From assembly GCF_030684315.1 (NCBI RefSeq), contig NC_081391.1:13307342-13371341 (forward strand): a stretch of 64,000 bases of DNA, given 5' to 3'. The stretch comes from Stegostoma tigrinum (Eukaryota). A program made the position numbers and the translations under genes. Positions 62,603 to 64,000 of this stretch are shown here, piece after piece. The notes beneath the pieces were generated by a model. The model worked only from the letters and a program-made list of their open reading frames with translations. It had not been told where the DNA came from and made no database searches. The number at the start of each line of letters is the position of its first letter. The stretch's first letter is position 1.

Positions 62603-64000
62603 GTTGGAGTTTGGGAGGGGGGCGTGGTGTGGTGTGCAGGAATAGTAGCTCATGGTGTTTTTGGTCACTAGTGACAAGATTCACATGTGGTAAAGGATGT
62701 GAAGGTTGGAGTTGGAGAAAGCAGGCAGTGGGGAGGAGATGTGAGAAATGGCTGCTTATGGTGTGGTTTCATGTCCTGAAAGAAAGTGAAAACTGTTTTG
62801 TTTGGCTCCCCTCCTTTTGACTAAAAGGAAAGAAATCCCAGAAACAAGCCTCTTGGCTCCCCTCCACCTGCTGCTTCTCCCCCCACCCCCCCCCCCCCCC
62901 CCAACCCATGCTGACCCAACAAACACCAAACCACATTAATCCCATTTACTGCACTTGGTCTACAGCCCCCATGGCATTGGTAGTTGTCTAGAAGCTGCTT
63001 AAATATTGCAGCAGTAGATGCCTCCCCCACTGCCCCACCCCCCCATATTATTTTTCCACTACCCTCTGGGCAAAGGATTCCTCTAACCTGCTGACTCCTC
63101 ACATCAGTGCCCTCTGGTCTTAATGTCTCTTTCTCCCCACCCCCTCATAGCAGACACTCCCCATCTACTATCAAGACTCCACACTAATCAAATGCCATCA
63201 CATAAACATCTCAACTGACTTCACTCTGGGGATTGGAGTGAGAAATCTAATCTTCCTTTTAATGGATTTTTCAGTCTTGGGGCAACATCCTGGTGACCCT
63301 TCCAGTGCCATTGTGGCTCTGGTCACCACACTGTATTCCACCTTTGCATGGCCAATGCTGCAAAGTTTGTGACAAGACTGGAGTCCCTGTACTGCGCCCC
63401 AAGAAATGGGGAAGGGCATTGTGGAAGCCACCTTCCCCATCCTGTCTACACTTATGGATCCTTGAAATATCTCTAGTCTTGTTCTCTTGGTTCCTTTATT
63501 GTCAACATATTGCTGTCCCTTCAATGAATTAAATAGTAGTGATGCTTTTGATCATTCAGGTCAGTCCTATATGAAGCCATAAGCACAAGTGGGACTTCAA
63601 CCTGGGCCTATGCTCCAAACCTAGGGACAGTACCACTGCATTACGAGCCCTGGGATTAAGTTGTGAATATCCTCCTTGGGATGCCATCAGATGGGCACTG
63701 ACAATTCTGTGCAAACATAACTCTTATCCCCACTATGACCTGGTTGTGAATTGACTCTCCTTTCGTAAGAAGCAAATAGGGCTAGGTGAAAGCAATTCCT
63801 TAAATAACTGATCTGTTCTTCCTAAGGACTTCAGGGATGGCGGTGGTTAGCACAAATGCATCAGTGCTTGGGGCACGAGCTTAATTCTGGAGTTTACATG
63901 TTCACCACATCTCTACATAGGCTTCCTCCCACAGTCCAAAGATGTGCAGGGTAGGATAGGCCATGAAAAATGCAGGATTACATGGCTGGGACTAGGACCA

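Overview
Eukaryotic (vertebrate) genomic DNA, most likely a cartilaginous fish judging from HE1/V-SINE-like, CR1/HER1-like and Penelope-like repeats (taxon is inference). The whole window is a head-to-tail tandem array of four-exon ferritin genes on the + strand: the last 21 nt of one copy, seven complete copies (ATG at 3210, 11187, 20823, 30207, 37928, 46878, 53058) and exons 1-2 of another (ATG 59996). Intact copies encode 176 aa (exons 102/147/126/156 nt, all phase 0). Every copy keeps E27, Y34, E61, H65 and E107 but carries the L-chain-type substitutions E62K and Q141E (human H numbering), so ferroxidase activity is predicted to be lost. No iron-responsive element is visible in the 5' UTRs. 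The promoters instead share a DR1 nuclear-receptor site, CCAAT boxes and a TATA box. Four copies look intact, one has a 1-nt frameshift, one is a clear pseudogene and one has lost its promoter. Intron/flank lineages run A-B-C-D-B-C-E-A. Exons are homogenised, while exon-2 variants are shuffled between paralogs. Spacers and introns hold decayed CR1/L2 LINEs, SINEs, a Penelope-like element and short Penelope-derived palindromes with hammerhead-like remnants.
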